From Planctomycetota bacterium (GTDB lineage Bacteria > Planctomycetota > JAJSAM01 > JAJVHW01), in contig CBDFJG010000004.1 in NCBI GenBank assembly GCA_965248445.1, positions 96,001 to 160,000 on the forward strand: a DNA stretch of 64,000 nucleotides, given 5' to 3'. Positions within the stretch are counted from its first letter, which is position 1, and the number at the start of each line of letters is the position of its first letter. The notes beneath the pieces are model-generated. The model made no database searches. It was not told the origin of the DNA and worked only from the letters and a program-made list of their open reading frames with translations. Of the stretch, positions 49,221-60,500 are shown in pieces. Made by a program: the position numbers and the translations under genes.

Positions 49221-50876
49221 ATGGGAGCAGTGCAGGACGAGGCCGACCGACGACTCCCGGACTCGTGGCTGAGCGATCTGGCGATCCTGTTCGCCGCCGC
49301 GCTGCGCCGCACTCCACGTCGCATCCTGGCGTGCATGGCCATCACGCTCGTGGTGTTCCTCATCGCTCCATTCGATTTCGTGATCCCGCTGGCGGTGGCG
49401 TTCGGCGTGATCGCTGGAACGCTCGAGACCTCCCGCCCCGCGGGCGGAGCCTTCCCGACGTGGCTCGCGGCAGCGCTCGGGTTCGCAAGCCTCGTGGCGA
49501 TCCTGACCTACGACCAGATCACGGTTCTCCGCTTCGACACAGACCGCGGGAGCTGGTTCAGCTTCATCAACAGCTCGCTCGAATCAGAGTTGCACGCGCA
49601 GGTGATTGGACTCCCCGGGCGCATCGCCACGCTGTCCGCGGTGGCCGTGCTGGCCGCGGTGCTGGTACGTGTCGCGCCGCGCGTGGGGCGCCGCGCGACA
49701 ATCGCATGCGGCGTCGTCGCGCTGCTCGTCGCGCTGGCGGGAATCGTCTACGGCTTCACTCTGGAGATCCCCTTCGTCGGCGACATCCCACTGGTCCATG
49801 GAGCGTCGCTCACCGCGTCCGTGATCCTCGTGGTCCTGGGGGCGCGACTCGCGGGAACGCGCTGGATCGCAGTCATCTCCGTCCTCGCCGTCGCTTCGGC
49901 CGTGGGGTTCAACTACTTCTCGACGCTCTTGATCGGGATCGTCGCGACGGCGCCGATCGCAGGTCGGACGAGTGCTGCTTTGGTGGCCGGTGCGAACGAC
50001 CGCTCCGCGGACGCGGCAGCAGCGAGACTCACCGCACGATTCGCCCGCCGGCCCCTCCGGACCAGTGCCGTCGCGTACCTGTGCGTCGCGGCCATCTCCT
50101 GGTTCCTGGATTGGGCCGCGGTTCTGACGGCGCTCTGGCTGTCGAAGGACTGGGGCTCGGACGAGGGATCCAGCTTCGCCGCGCTCTCCGTGGTCGTGCC
50201 CCCGATCTGGCAGACCGCGATCGTAATCGGCGCACTCGGTGCGTTGCACGCGAAGGGACTGGCCACGCAGCTGGGCGCCGTCTGCCTGTGGATCGTCTTG
50301 CCGTTCGTGCTCGGCTTCGCGTTCTTCTCGATCATCGCGCTGCGCAACGACCCGACCGTCCGGGGTCCGGCGGCGCTCGCGTACATGCCGATGTTCTATC
50401 CCTTCGCGCTCGCGACACTCGCCGGCGTGGCGGTCTCGATCAACGCCCCAAGAGTGATCCGCAACGCGCTCGTGTGCGCCGCCTCGGCAATGTGCCTGCT
50501 TGCTCCGTGGGCTATCGCGTACACACCCGGTGCCGACGAGTTCCTGGGAGCCCAACTGGAGGGAGACGGCCACCTGGCGGTCACGGCCGCGTCGATGCCG
50601 TTCCTCTTCGTGACGGGCGCGCTCGCGACGATGCGGCGCCCACGCGGCACGACGCTCGCGCTGCTCGCAGCCCTGCTCCTGGTCTCGCTCCTCGCGCTGA
50701 TCCCGCGGCCTGAGGACGATCTCATGCACTTCGCACATGTGCTGCCGGAGGTCCTCGCCGCCGGCGTGGCGATCGTCGCGATCCTGATCGCCCGCCGCCT
50801 GCACGGTGTCTCCCCGCTCCCCGACGACCACGCGGTGTTCGTCCTGCGACGTGAGCGTGACGGCGTGACGGCGTGA
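49221..50876 (+). CDS. Polytopic membrane protein, paralog 2 of 3
   Basis: LPDSWLSDLAIL N-motif and SPLPDDHAVFVL C-motif. Confidence 0.72.
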   Translation: MGAVQDEADRRLPDSWLSDLAILFAAALRRTPRRILACMAITLVVFLIAPFDFVIPLAVAFGVIAGTLETSRPAGGAFPTWLAAALGFASLVAILTYDQITVLRFDTDRGSWFSFINSSLESELHAQVIGLPGRIATLSAVAVLAAVLVRVAPRVGRRATIACGVVALLVALAGIVYGFTLEIPFVGDIPLVHGASLTASVILVVLGARLAGTRWIAVISVLAVASAVGFNYFSTLLIGIVATAPIAGRTSAALVAGANDRSADAAAARLTARFARRPLRTSAVAYLCVAAISWFLDWAAVLTALWLSKDWGSDEGSSFAALSVVVPPIWQTAIVIGALGALHAKGLATQLGAVCLWIVLPFVLGFAFFSIIALRNDPTVRGPAALAYMPMFYPFALATLAGVAVSINAPRVIRNALVCAASAMCLLAPWAIAYTPGADEFLGAQLEGDGHLAVTAASMPFLFVTGALATMRRPRGTTLALLAALLLVSLLALIPRPEDDLMHFAHVLPEVLAAGVAIVAILIARRLHGVSPLPDDHAVFVLRRERDGVTA

Positions 50877-52510
50877 CCGAACCGAACCGCTCGGCGACCG
50901 CTCTCCCGGATTCGTGGCTCACCGACGTGGCGATCCTGCTCGCCGACGCGGTACGGCGGCACGCCGGCGGGGCGCTCGGCGTGTGCGGTCTGCTCTTCCT
51001 GCTCGTCCTGCTCTTACCGGTCGAGACCGCGTGTGTCCTAGCGTGCGGGCTCATCCCGGTCGCGCTGGCTGCCGAGCGCAGCCTGCGCCCGCGGCGCCGG
51101 ATCGTGCTCCCCGCACTCGCGCTCGTCGTTCTGCTCGCGACGTTCGCGCCTGATCACTCGGCTGCGCGGCTCCTGGCACAGCGGGACCTGGACGGTCAAT
51201 TCGATCTCACGAACACGTTCTCCGGGCCGGTGCTGCTCGAGGGCGCGGGCGCGCGACTCGTCGCGATCATCGTCGCGGGCATCGCGGGTGGCGTGCTCGC
51301 GGGGCGACGACCGACATCCCGCCGCAGGTACCACTTAGCGGGCGTCTTGACGCTCGGAGTGCTCCTGGTGACCGCCGGATTCAGTTTCTCCCCGGGGGGG
51401 TTCGAGATCGAGTTGGAGTCGTGGGCATGGACTCCCGCCGCGATTCTCGCGTGTCTGGGCTACACCTACCTGGCGGCCTCGCCACTTCGTTCGCGCTGGC
51501 TCGTCGCAGCCAGCGTCCTCGCGATGACCGCCGCGTTGTTGAGCAGCCAGCGCGAGGCGCTCGTCGCCAGTGCGCTCTGCGTCGGCCCGCTCACCGCGCG
51601 CGTAGTGCGCGTTCTGCAGCCGGAAGGGCTGTGGCGGCGTGACGCGGCCGCCGCGCGTCTCGCACGGCGGATCTGCGAGCGCCCGTTCAGATCGAGCTTC
51701 GTCACGTACGGGTTCTTCTTCCTCGCGTGGCACTCCATGGCCACGCCCTTGTGGTTCACGCAGTGGTGGATCGCAGGCCCCGAGCAGGGACCCGGCTCGC
51801 CCCGCTCGATGGGGATGTTCGCGATCACCCCCTGGATGGGCACGTGTGCCAGCATCATCCTCGTCTGTGGGTCGCACGGGGCGCGGGGGCTGCTCGAACG
51901 CGTCCTAGTGCTCTCGGCGCAGCTGACCGCGCCCCTCGTGTGGGCAGCGGTCTTGTGGTTCTACGTAGCCCGCTTAGGAGGCGCGTTCGACCTCGCGGAT
52001 CTCACCGAGGGGTTCTGGCCGCTGTTCCTCTGCATCGCGGCTGCGTTCGCGCTCGCGCGCGGCATGCGCCGGGCAGGGCGGCGCGCTTTCGTAGCCGTCG
52101 CCGCGATCGCTGCGGTGTCCGCACCGATCGCACTGGGCGGATGGCTGCCGGAGTTCGATCCCGGGGCGACGTCCGAGAGGGCAACGATGCTCGCCACAAC
52201 CGTCGCCGGCCTGCCGTCGCTCGTGCTGATCGGCGCGCTCACCGCCCGCCGGCACCCGGCCGGCGGTGCGTTGCTCGGGTGGGTCACCTCGGGCGTCGTC
52301 ACCGTGGCAGCGCTGCTCTGCCTACTGGATCAGTCGCCTGAGCCAGCGCGCGTCGTGGTCCAGACACTGATCAACGGGCTGGTCGTGGTGTTGATCATCT
52401 GGATCTCCCGGCAACTGCTGCTCGTCACGCCGCTCGCGTCCGACCACGCGGTGTTCGTCCTCGGTAAGGAGCGGGCGGCGAAGGCGGTCGAGGCAGAATG
52501 GGCCGCGTGA
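50873..52510 (+). CDS. Polytopic membrane protein, paralog 3 of 3
   Basis: LPDSWLTDVAIL N-motif and TPLASDHAVFVL C-motif; GTGA overlap with paralog 2. Confidence 0.72.
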   Translation: MTEPNRSATALPDSWLTDVAILLADAVRRHAGGALGVCGLLFLLVLLLPVETACVLACGLIPVALAAERSLRPRRRIVLPALALVVLLATFAPDHSAARLLAQRDLDGQFDLTNTFSGPVLLEGAGARLVAIIVAGIAGGVLAGRRPTSRRRYHLAGVLTLGVLLVTAGFSFSPGGFEIELESWAWTPAAILACLGYTYLAASPLRSRWLVAASVLAMTAALLSSQREALVASALCVGPLTARVVRVLQPEGLWRRDAAAARLARRICERPFRSSFVTYGFFFLAWHSMATPLWFTQWWIAGPEQGPGSPRSMGMFAITPWMGTCASIILVCGSHGARGLLERVLVLSAQLTAPLVWAAVLWFYVARLGGAFDLADLTEGFWPLFLCIAAAFALARGMRRAGRRAFVAVAAIAAVSAPIALGGWLPEFDPGATSERATMLATTVAGLPSLVLIGALTARRHPAGGALLGWVTSGVVTVAALLCLLDQSPEPARVVVQTLINGLVVVLIIWISRQLLLVTPLASDHAVFVLGKERAAKAVEAEWAA

Positions 52511-54081
52511 TGGAAGAGCGACAGCAGTCCTCCGGCGCGCCCGTCGTGATCGTGGTGATCGCGCTGCTCCTGGTCGGCGCGTGCGTGGTCGGCGTCTCCG
52601 CGTTCGCGTTCCTCCGTGCGACGGAGGGCCTCCAGGGTGACGAGTACGGTGGCAGCAGCGTGGGGATCGGTGGCTGGTCCGACGAGGAGTACGAGACCGT
52701 CGACCACACGGGCCTCACACTCGACGCACCGGAGCACGTCATCGAAGAGAAGTTCCGCGGGCAGCCGTGGAGCCGCCTGCACGTGTTCGCGATCCCCGAG
52801 GACACGGTGCTGGTGCGCGCGTCGGTGCTCTCCGAGACCCACGACGTCGACGTGTTCATGGTGTTCGACGAGGATGCGGCCGCTTCGGAGGACTGGGACA
52901 TCTCGGCGGACGGCGTGAGCGGCGACGAGTTCGTCTGGGCGTTCCGGCAGGACTCCACCGCGATGGGCGGGGGCCGCTGCTACGTGCGCGTCACGGGGTT
53001 TCCGGACGACGACTTCGACGACGAAGAGGAGATCGAGTACCGGCTCACGCTGCGAGTTGTGCGCTTCGAGGTGCACGAGTCGCTGACGACCGGCCGCGTG
53101 TCCACGGGGACCCTCACTCCTTTGAGCGGCCATCGGCGCGCCTATCACGCCCCGTGGCCCGACGGCGCCGGCAAGGTGCGAATCGACCTGGTCGATGCAA
53201 CACAGAACCTCGACATGTTCGTCGCGTTCGAGGATGAGGTGCTCGACCTCGCGGACTACGACAAGAAGGCCGTCACGGAGGACTGCACGGAGAGCCTCGT
53301 TCTCGATCGCGACGACGTGGACGGCGACACGCTTCTCATCACCGTCATCGACCAGGATTGCCACGACGTCGACGTGCCGTACCGCTTGCTCGTCTCCGCG
53401 GGGGACGCGCCGCCCGCGATCCTGCGGGAACCGCGTTCCTTCCCGCAGCCGCGAACTCCCGTCGAACGAACCGCCCGCGCGGTCGTTCGCCTGGACACGG
53501 ACGACGCCTTCGGTTCCGGCGTGCTTCTGACGCCGAAGGGACTCGTCCTCACCGCGCATCACGTGGTGGGCGACGTCGGCAGCGACATTGTCGTGTCGAC
53601 GATGACCGACGTCGGGAGGCCGCCTCTGGAGTCCTATCGCGGCACCGTCGTACGCGCCGACGCGAACCTCGATGTCGCGCTGCTCCAGATCGACCGGATG
53701 CTCGACGGCTCCCCTGTGCCGAAGAGCGTGCAGTTCCCGACCATCCCCGTCCGCTGGACGGAGGGTCCGGCACTCGGGGAGCGCACGTTCCTCTGCGGGT
53801 ACCACGACTTCGACGACGACTCGACGCGCGATCCCATCTCCTGGACCACCGGTGCCGTCTCCGGGTGGGAGGAGCACGGAGGCTTCCGGCTCGTCCGCGT
53901 GGCGGCGCTCACGACGTCGGGCGTCTCCGGCGGAGCCGTGCTGGACACGGAGCACCGGCTCGTCGGCACCGTAGTCCTGATGAACCAGGCCGGCGACGCC
54001 GACACGTCGGCCGAAGCAGCCATCGTCCCCGCCGGTCTCCTGCCGACCGCGTGGACCGAGTTCTCCGGCGCGGGCCGGTAG
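52510..54081 (+). CDS. Membrane-anchored trypsin-like serine protease with acidic PPC-like domains
   Basis: GSGVLL, TAHHVV, DVALL and GVSGGAV catalytic-triad motifs; N-terminal TM. Confidence 0.82.
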   Translation: MEERQQSSGAPVVIVVIALLLVGACVVGVSAFAFLRATEGLQGDEYGGSSVGIGGWSDEEYETVDHTGLTLDAPEHVIEEKFRGQPWSRLHVFAIPEDTVLVRASVLSETHDVDVFMVFDEDAAASEDWDISADGVSGDEFVWAFRQDSTAMGGGRCYVRVTGFPDDDFDDEEEIEYRLTLRVVRFEVHESLTTGRVSTGTLTPLSGHRRAYHAPWPDGAGKVRIDLVDATQNLDMFVAFEDEVLDLADYDKKAVTEDCTESLVLDRDDVDGDTLLITVIDQDCHDVDVPYRLLVSAGDAPPAILREPRSFPQPRTPVERTARAVVRLDTDDAFGSGVLLTPKGLVLTAHHVVGDVGSDIVVSTMTDVGRPPLESYRGTVVRADANLDVALLQIDRMLDGSPVPKSVQFPTIPVRWTEGPALGERTFLCGYHDFDDDSTRDPISWTTGAVSGWEEHGGFRLVRVAALTTSGVSGGAVLDTEHRLVGTVVLMNQAGDADTSAEAAIVPAGLLPTAWTEFSGAGR

Positions 54082-54090
54082 CCTCACCCA

Positions 54091-57000
54091 GTGAGCTCAC
54101 GCTCCCCCGCCGGACTGCGACCGCTACTGGTCTCGCGGTTCTGCGGCGCGGTCACCGAACACGCGTGGAAGATGCTCGCCGCCGCGATCGCCCTTCGCGG
54201 GTTCGCCGCGGGGGACGACGCGGAGGCGCTGAACGAGACCGCGCTCGCGTTCGCGGTGTTCCTCGTACCGCACACGATCGTGTCTCTGTTCGCGGGCGTG
54301 CTCGCCGATCGGTTCGGGCTCCGCCGCGTACTGGTCTGGGGCAAGAGCGCGGAGTGGTGGATCGTGGCAATTGCCGGGCACGCGACTCTCACGGCTGCTC
54401 GCGTGAGCCCGAACGAAGCGCTCGCCGTCCTGGCGCTTCTCGGCGTCCGCAGCGGGCTGATTGCGCCCGCACGGGAGGGACTCCTCCCCGACTTGCTGAC
54501 GCACCGACAATTATCCTGGGGCAACGGACGGCTGGTTGGGTGGACCTTCCTCGCGATCGTCGCAGGCACCGCGTTCGGCAGTGCGGCCCCGGCGTTCCTC
54601 GGACAGTGGTTGTTCTGGAGCACGGTCGTGTTCGTGATGGCCGGCACGTACGCGGCATACTCCGTTCCGGTCCAGCCGCCGAACGATCCGGCGGCCGGGC
54701 CTCGCGCTCTGCTCGATGGCATCCGGATCGTGCTGCACGATCGGGCGCTCGGGTTGGTGCTGCTCGGAACGGTCATGTTCTGGTTCACGGCCAGCCTTCT
54801 CGGTCACAACGTCGCGACGTACGCGCGGATCTCCGCAGAGGCCGGCACGACCTGGCGCAGTCTGCCGCTCGCTGCGCTCGCTCTCGGAGTGGCCGCCGGC
54901 GCGCTGCTGGCCGGCCGCTGGTCGCGGAACGAGATCGAGGTCGGACTGGTGCCGCTCGGCGGCCTCGGCATCGCCGCGTTGACGGGCCTCCTGGCGCTTC
55001 TCTCACCCGGCGTCGTGCTGACACTGTCGCTCCTCTTCGCCACGGGCGTCGCCTGCGGCGCGATGGTGGTCCCGCTCTCCGCGCTGGCGCAGTGGCGCGC
55101 ACCGGTGGCGCGACGAGCCACAGTCCTCGGCCTCGTGAGTGCCACCTCGGGCACCGCGATCCTCGCGGGGTCTTTCGGCGCGTGGGCGCTCTCGCACTAC
55201 GGCGTCGGAGTACGGGGCGTTCTCGCGACAGCGGCGCTGGTCGCGCTGGCCGGCGCGATGTGGGGCGCGTGGCTCATGCCGGCGTCGCTCGTGCGCGGGC
55301 TGGTCGTCGTGCTGACGCGGACGCTCTACCGCATGAGGGTCGTCGGACGCGCGAACGTCCCGGACGAGGGCGGCGTACTCCTCACGCCGAACCACGTGTC
55401 GTTCATGGACGGACTCTTCGTGATTGCTGCGATCGACCGCCCCGTGAAGTTCCTGATCCACGACTCGTACTTCAACAACCCGATGCTCTCGCCGTTCATG
55501 CGCGCGATCGGCGGGATTCCCGTGTCGTCGTCACGCTCGAAGGAACAGATCGACGATGCCCTGGCAGCCGCGGGCGAAGCGCTCGACGATGGTCGCGTGG
55601 TCTGCGTGTTCCCCGAGGGCCAGATCACGCGGACGGGAACGATGCACCAGTTCCGCCGCGGTATCGAGCGCATCGCCCGCGGGAGAGACGCCGCCATCGT
55701 GCCTGTGTTCCTGGACCGCGTATGGGGCAGTCTGTTCAGCCGCGCGGGCGGCCGGTTCCTCTTCAAGCTCCCCGAGCGGATGCCGTATCCGGTCACGGTG
55801 ATGTACGGCGCACCACTCTCCGCCGACACGGATGCCAACGAGGTGCGCGCGGCCGTGCAACAGCTCGGATCGAGCGCATGGCGTCACCGCCGGCCGGACG
55901 CGCGTCCGCTGCACCACGCCTTTCTTCGCGCCGCGCGGCGGGCACCGTTCCGCACCGCACTCGGGGACGCCGCAGGCGCACGCTGGTCACGGCTCGGAAC
56001 ACTCACGCGTGCCGTGGCGCTGGCGCGCTCGCTCCGTGGCACCTGGGGCGCGGCGCCGCGGGTCGGCTGTCTGCTGCCGCCGGGACGCGACGCCGCGATC
56101 GTCCAGCTCGCAGCCGCGTTTGCGGGGCGCGAGTTCGTGCCGCTCGATCCGGCGGGCGGCCCGGCCGGCATCGCGCGTGCAGCGGAGATCGCGTCGATCC
56201 GGACGGTCGTCACGACGGACGAGGCACTCCGCAGTTTCAAACTGACACTGCCCGACGGCATGCGCGCGCTCAGCCCGGAGGAGCACCGCGCCGGTCTGCT
56301 CGGCCGCTTCTCCGCACTCGTCCTCGCGCTCTTGGCTCCTCCCGACGTGCTGGACCGGGCCTGTGGCACCGGGGAGGACCCGGACATCGACGATGTCGCG
56401 AGCGTCGTGTTCACGAGCGGCCGCACCGGGACACCCAAAGCCGTGCTGCTGTCGCACTTCAACCTCGACTCGAATCGAGAGGGGCTGGCTCAGGTCCTGC
56501 GGCCGCGCGCCCGTGACGGCGTCGTCGTGACACTCCCGCACTGGGGGGCGTTCGGGCACCTCGCGGTCTGGTTCGGTGTCACGCACGGAGACGGAGTCGC
56601 GCTCCCGGACGGCGCCGACGCCGCGGGCCGGACCATCGAGCGGCATCACGCGAGCGTCCTCTTCGCGACGCCGGACCAGCTAGCGAGCTACGTCGAGAGC
56701 GCCAAGCCCGAGCAGTTCGGGTCGCTGCGCGGCGTCGTGACGGCCACCGCGGCGCTGTCCGGTGAACTGCGCGACGCATTCGAGGACCGCTTCGGCATCG
56801 AGCCGCTCGAGTCGTACGGCATGACCGAGTGCTCCCCCATCGTCGCGATCGGCGCCCCGGACTTCCGCGCGCGCGGCTTCTTCCAGCCCGGAACGCGGCT
56901 CGGCTTCGTCGGGCAGCCGCTGCCGGGCGTCGCAGTCCGCATCGTCGATCCCGCGACGCACGAGGAGCGCCCGGCCGGTGAGGAAGGCACGATCCTCGTG

Positions 57001-57141
57001 CGCGGACCGAACGTGATGATCGGCTACGCGGGCGGCGCCGACGCGCCCTGCCTGCCAGGCGGTTGGTTCGTCACCGGCGACACCGGCGCCGTGGACGCCG
57101 ACGGCTTCCTGCGCGTGCGCGGGTGCGTCGGATCGACGTAG
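54091..57141 (+). CDS. aas: MFS (LplT-like)-acyltransferase-acyl-ACP synthetase fusion, C-terminally short
   Basis: MFS helices; NHVSFMD and FPEGQIT (PlsC); FTSGRTGTPK, YGMTE and TGD (AMP-binding). Confidence 0.88.
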   Translation: MSSRSPAGLRPLLVSRFCGAVTEHAWKMLAAAIALRGFAAGDDAEALNETALAFAVFLVPHTIVSLFAGVLADRFGLRRVLVWGKSAEWWIVAIAGHATLTAARVSPNEALAVLALLGVRSGLIAPAREGLLPDLLTHRQLSWGNGRLVGWTFLAIVAGTAFGSAAPAFLGQWLFWSTVVFVMAGTYAAYSVPVQPPNDPAAGPRALLDGIRIVLHDRALGLVLLGTVMFWFTASLLGHNVATYARISAEAGTTWRSLPLAALALGVAAGALLAGRWSRNEIEVGLVPLGGLGIAALTGLLALLSPGVVLTLSLLFATGVACGAMVVPLSALAQWRAPVARRATVLGLVSATSGTAILAGSFGAWALSHYGVGVRGVLATAALVALAGAMWGAWLMPASLVRGLVVVLTRTLYRMRVVGRANVPDEGGVLLTPNHVSFMDGLFVIAAIDRPVKFLIHDSYFNNPMLSPFMRAIGGIPVSSSRSKEQIDDALAAAGEALDDGRVVCVFPEGQITRTGTMHQFRRGIERIARGRDAAIVPVFLDRVWGSLFSRAGGRFLFKLPERMPYPVTVMYGAPLSADTDANEVRAAVQQLGSSAWRHRRPDARPLHHAFLRAARRAPFRTALGDAAGARWSRLGTLTRAVALARSLRGTWGAAPRVGCLLPPGRDAAIVQLAAAFAGREFVPLDPAGGPAGIARAAEIASIRTVVTTDEALRSFKLTLPDGMRALSPEEHRAGLLGRFSALVLALLAPPDVLDRACGTGEDPDIDDVASVVFTSGRTGTPKAVLLSHFNLDSNREGLAQVLRPRARDGVVVTLPHWGAFGHLAVWFGVTHGDGVALPDGADAAGRTIERHHASVLFATPDQLASYVESAKPEQFGSLRGVVTATAALSGELRDAFEDRFGIEPLESYGMTECSPIVAIGAPDFRARGFFQPGTRLGFVGQPLPGVAVRIVDPATHEERPAGEEGTILVRGPNVMIGYAGGADAPCLPGGWFVTGDTGAVDADGFLRVRGCVGST

Positions 57142-57162
57142 GGGCGGCCGCTGCGCCCGCCC

Positions 57163-57570
57163 CTACTCGTCCGTGAAGAAGCGCATGATGCTCTTGGCGA
57201 AGCGGGCGACAACGAATGTGTCGTCGTCACTCTCGGCGGCAGCGACCTGAAGGCGCCGCATCTCCACCGGATCGAACCACACGAGACGGCAACCCGTGCA
57301 GACGTCCAGCTCGAGAGCGCGCTCTGTCGATGCCACGGCGCACACGATCATCGGCAGGCGACAGCGCGGACACCGTCGCGATCCGAGTCGATCCGTTCCG
57401 CCGGCACGCTCGAAGATCCGGTCCACGACACCGGCATCGTTGCCGAGATACTCGCGCAGCGCCGACTCGTACGTCGCGATTCCGTGCTTCTGCGGACAGA
57501 AGAGCCACGCGTCGTCGGCCTGGTTGCGCGTGACGAGCTCCTCGCTGCAGACCGCACAGAGGGAGTTCAC
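57163..57570 (-). CDS. zf-TFIIB-like Zn-ribbon protein
   Basis: CAVC, CPQKH, CPRC and DVCTGCRLVWFD. Confidence 0.72.
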   Translation of the reverse strand: MNSLCAVCSEELVTRNQADDAWLFCPQKHGIATYESALREYLGNDAGVVDRIFERAGGTDRLGSRRCPRCRLPMIVCAVASTERALELDVCTGCRLVWFDPVEMRRLQVAAAESDDDTFVVARFAKSIMRFFTDE

Positions 57571-60500
57571 TTGCCGAGTTCATCCAGCAGGACGCGCACC
57601 GCTTCGAGCAGCTGATCGTCCATCCCGCTCCCGATGCGCGACGGCTCCGTCAGCACGGTCACGTCGGGCTCGAGCGTCTGGTTCTCGAGGTACTCGCCCC
57701 GGGGATCGACCATCCCGACCTGCGGGATACCGAAGATCAGCTCCTGGTCGATCAGCCTCTCCCACCACACCGCCGTCCCCGTGCCCGCGACGGGCGCGCC
57801 GACCAGCTTGCCGAGTCCGTGCTCGCGGTAGGCCCACGGGAACATGTGCGCGTCGGAGTAGTTGCCCTCGCTCATGACGACGCACGATGGCTTGTCCCAA
57901 CGCTGCAGCGGCTCGCCGCCGAGAGACCCGCGGACCTTGCCGCGCGGCTGGAAGTCGAGGTAGCGCTTCCCGGACAGGAACACGACGAGATCGTCGTGCA
58001 GCCAGCCGCCGCCATTGAAGCGCGTGTCGACGATCAGCGCCTCCTTGTCAGCGTTCAGACCCAGCGTCTCGCGGTACACGCGCCGGAAGCTCGCGTCGTT
58101 CATGCCGCGCACGTGCACGTAGCCGATGCGCCCGCCCGACGCGTCGTCGACGATCTTGCGCCGCCGATCGAGGAGCCGTTCGTAGAGAAGCCCGTTCACG
58201 GCGCCCGGGGCGATCGGCCGGACGACGGCGTCGTACGATCCACCGCCCGCGTCGCGCAACGTGAGCCGCGTCAGCTTCCCGGCCAGACGATTGAAGACCG
58301 GCCACGGGTTCGCGCCGGCCGAGAGGGCCGAACCATTCACCGCAGTCACGGTGTGTCCCGCCGCGATCTTCAGCTCCTCTTTGTCGCACGGTCCGCCGCG
58401 GAGGACCTCCGCGATCTTGAGGCCGTCGCCGGCCCATTGCGGATCGTAGAGAAGGCCGAGCGACGCGGTCTGGTCGCCACCCGTGCGGCGAGGACGGTAC
58501 CGACCGCCGGTGTGTGACGCATTCAGCTCTCCGAGAATCTCGGAGAGGAGTTCCGCGAAGTCGCGGCTGTTGTCGATCTCCGGAAGGTGCTGCGCGTACG
58601 CCGCGCGCATCGCGGCCCAGTCCACGCCGTGCAGGTTCGGGTTGTAGAACTTCACCTTCGCCTGCCGCCACGCGTGTTCGAACAGGTGCGCGCGCTCGGC
58701 CGGCCGGTCGATCCACGCCTCCGCGGTGTAGCCGACGGGCTTGGTCTTCGTGCCGCCACCGCCACCGCCCCCGCCGCCGTCGTTCCCGCGGCGACCGCCG
58801 CCCTTCTCGGGCTTGAACGCACCGGCGACGTCCGCCTTGACGATCGTCCCGTTGCCCTTGCGCACGAACAGCGACTTGCCGTCCTTGGAGAGCTCGAGTT
58901 GTCCGCCGCGGTCCTCGCCGAGCGAGATCAACTTCTTGGTCTCGCCCGCCCGCGGCTTGCTGATCCAGACGTCCCACTTGCCGTCCACCTGCCCGAGGTA
59001 GACAACGGCCTCACCGTCGGGAGACACGACGAACGAGGAGATCGGCGCGGAGTGGCGGGTGATGCGCCGCAAGCGGCGCTCCGGGCGATCGAAGTTGATC
59101 GTCACCGTGGGCGGCGGCTCGTCCTTCTCGGCGTCACCGTCGTCGTTGCCACCCTTCTTGCCCTTCTTCTTCTCCTTGTCCTCCTTCGCGGTGAGCGCCG
59201 CGTAGTCCTCCTTGGACAGCCGGCCGCGGTCGTTGGCCGCCCGCGTCAGGTCGAGCGCGATCACGTCCTGGTCCGTGCCCCAGCTGCCGTGGTTACGGCG
59301 TCCGTGACGGTCGGAGATGAAGTGCAGCGATCGCCCGTCGCGGCCCCACCGCGGGCGGCTCTCGTAGTAGCCGCTCCGCGTGACGTCGGTGACGCGGCCG
59401 GTGGCGACCTCGACGACGCCGATCTGCTCGAGCCAGCTCTTGTTCGGGAGATACGTCACGGCGACCCACCGCGAGTCCGGCGACCACGAAAACCAGATGT
59501 CGCCGTCGGAGTAGCTGTAGTTGCGCTCCGGCGGCACCAGCGTGCGCACCGCCCTGGACGTGACGTCGAACACGACGAGCTCGTCACGGTTGCGCAAGAA
59601 GGCGATCTGCTTGCCGTCCGGAGAGACCACCGGTTGGAAGCTCTCGTCCGCCGTCGCAATGACGGAGCTCTCCCGCAGGACTGTGGCGCGGTGGAAGTGC
59701 TTCTCGTCCGCGTGCACGATCGTCGACGAGAAGATGTTCCACGAGGCGCCGCTGCCGTTCGCCGTGCGCTCCCCGGCGTAGTAGAGCGTCCTGCCGTCCG
59801 GCGCCCAGCTGAGCGACCGCTCCTGCTCCGGCGTCCCGGTCACGCGCTTGGTAGCGCCGTGCTCGACGGACGTCACGTAGACGTCGCCACGCAGGACGAA
59901 CGCCACCTCCTCGCCGTTAGGCGACACCTTGATGCTCGTCGCGCCCTTGCTCTCGGTGACGTACTCGACCGGGTTCTTGCGTTGGTCCACCGAGCAGCGG
60001 ATCGGGACTCGCGTGCCCTCTCCTCCGGCGAGCGGCGCCACGTAGACGCCTCCGTTCCAGCCGTAGCAGTAGGAGTCGCCGCCCACCGACAGGAAGCGCA
60101 CGGGATGCGTCACGTGACTCGTGAGCTGGGCGAAGCCGCCCGGCTCGGCAGGGCCGACAGACGTCTTCCACACGTTGAACGTGCTGCCCCGCTCGGAGAG
60201 GAACAGATACGCGTCGCCCCCGGGCGTGAAGACGGGATTGCGGTCTTCCGCGGCGTGCTGGGTCAGCGCTTGGTGGCGGCCGGTCGTGCGTTCCCAGCGC
60301 CAGACGTCGCGCGCCACCGGCGACGTGTGGTGTTTGCGCCAGGGGTCCTCGTAGCCGCGCAGGTTCTGGTAGAGCGCGACGCTGCCGTCCCCGGACAACT
60401 GCACGCGTTCGGCCGGAGTCGTCAGCTCGAGTCGCGGACGTCCCCCCGCCACGGCGATGGACCACAGCTCGGCGAAGCGGGGCGTTCCGAGGATCGACTT

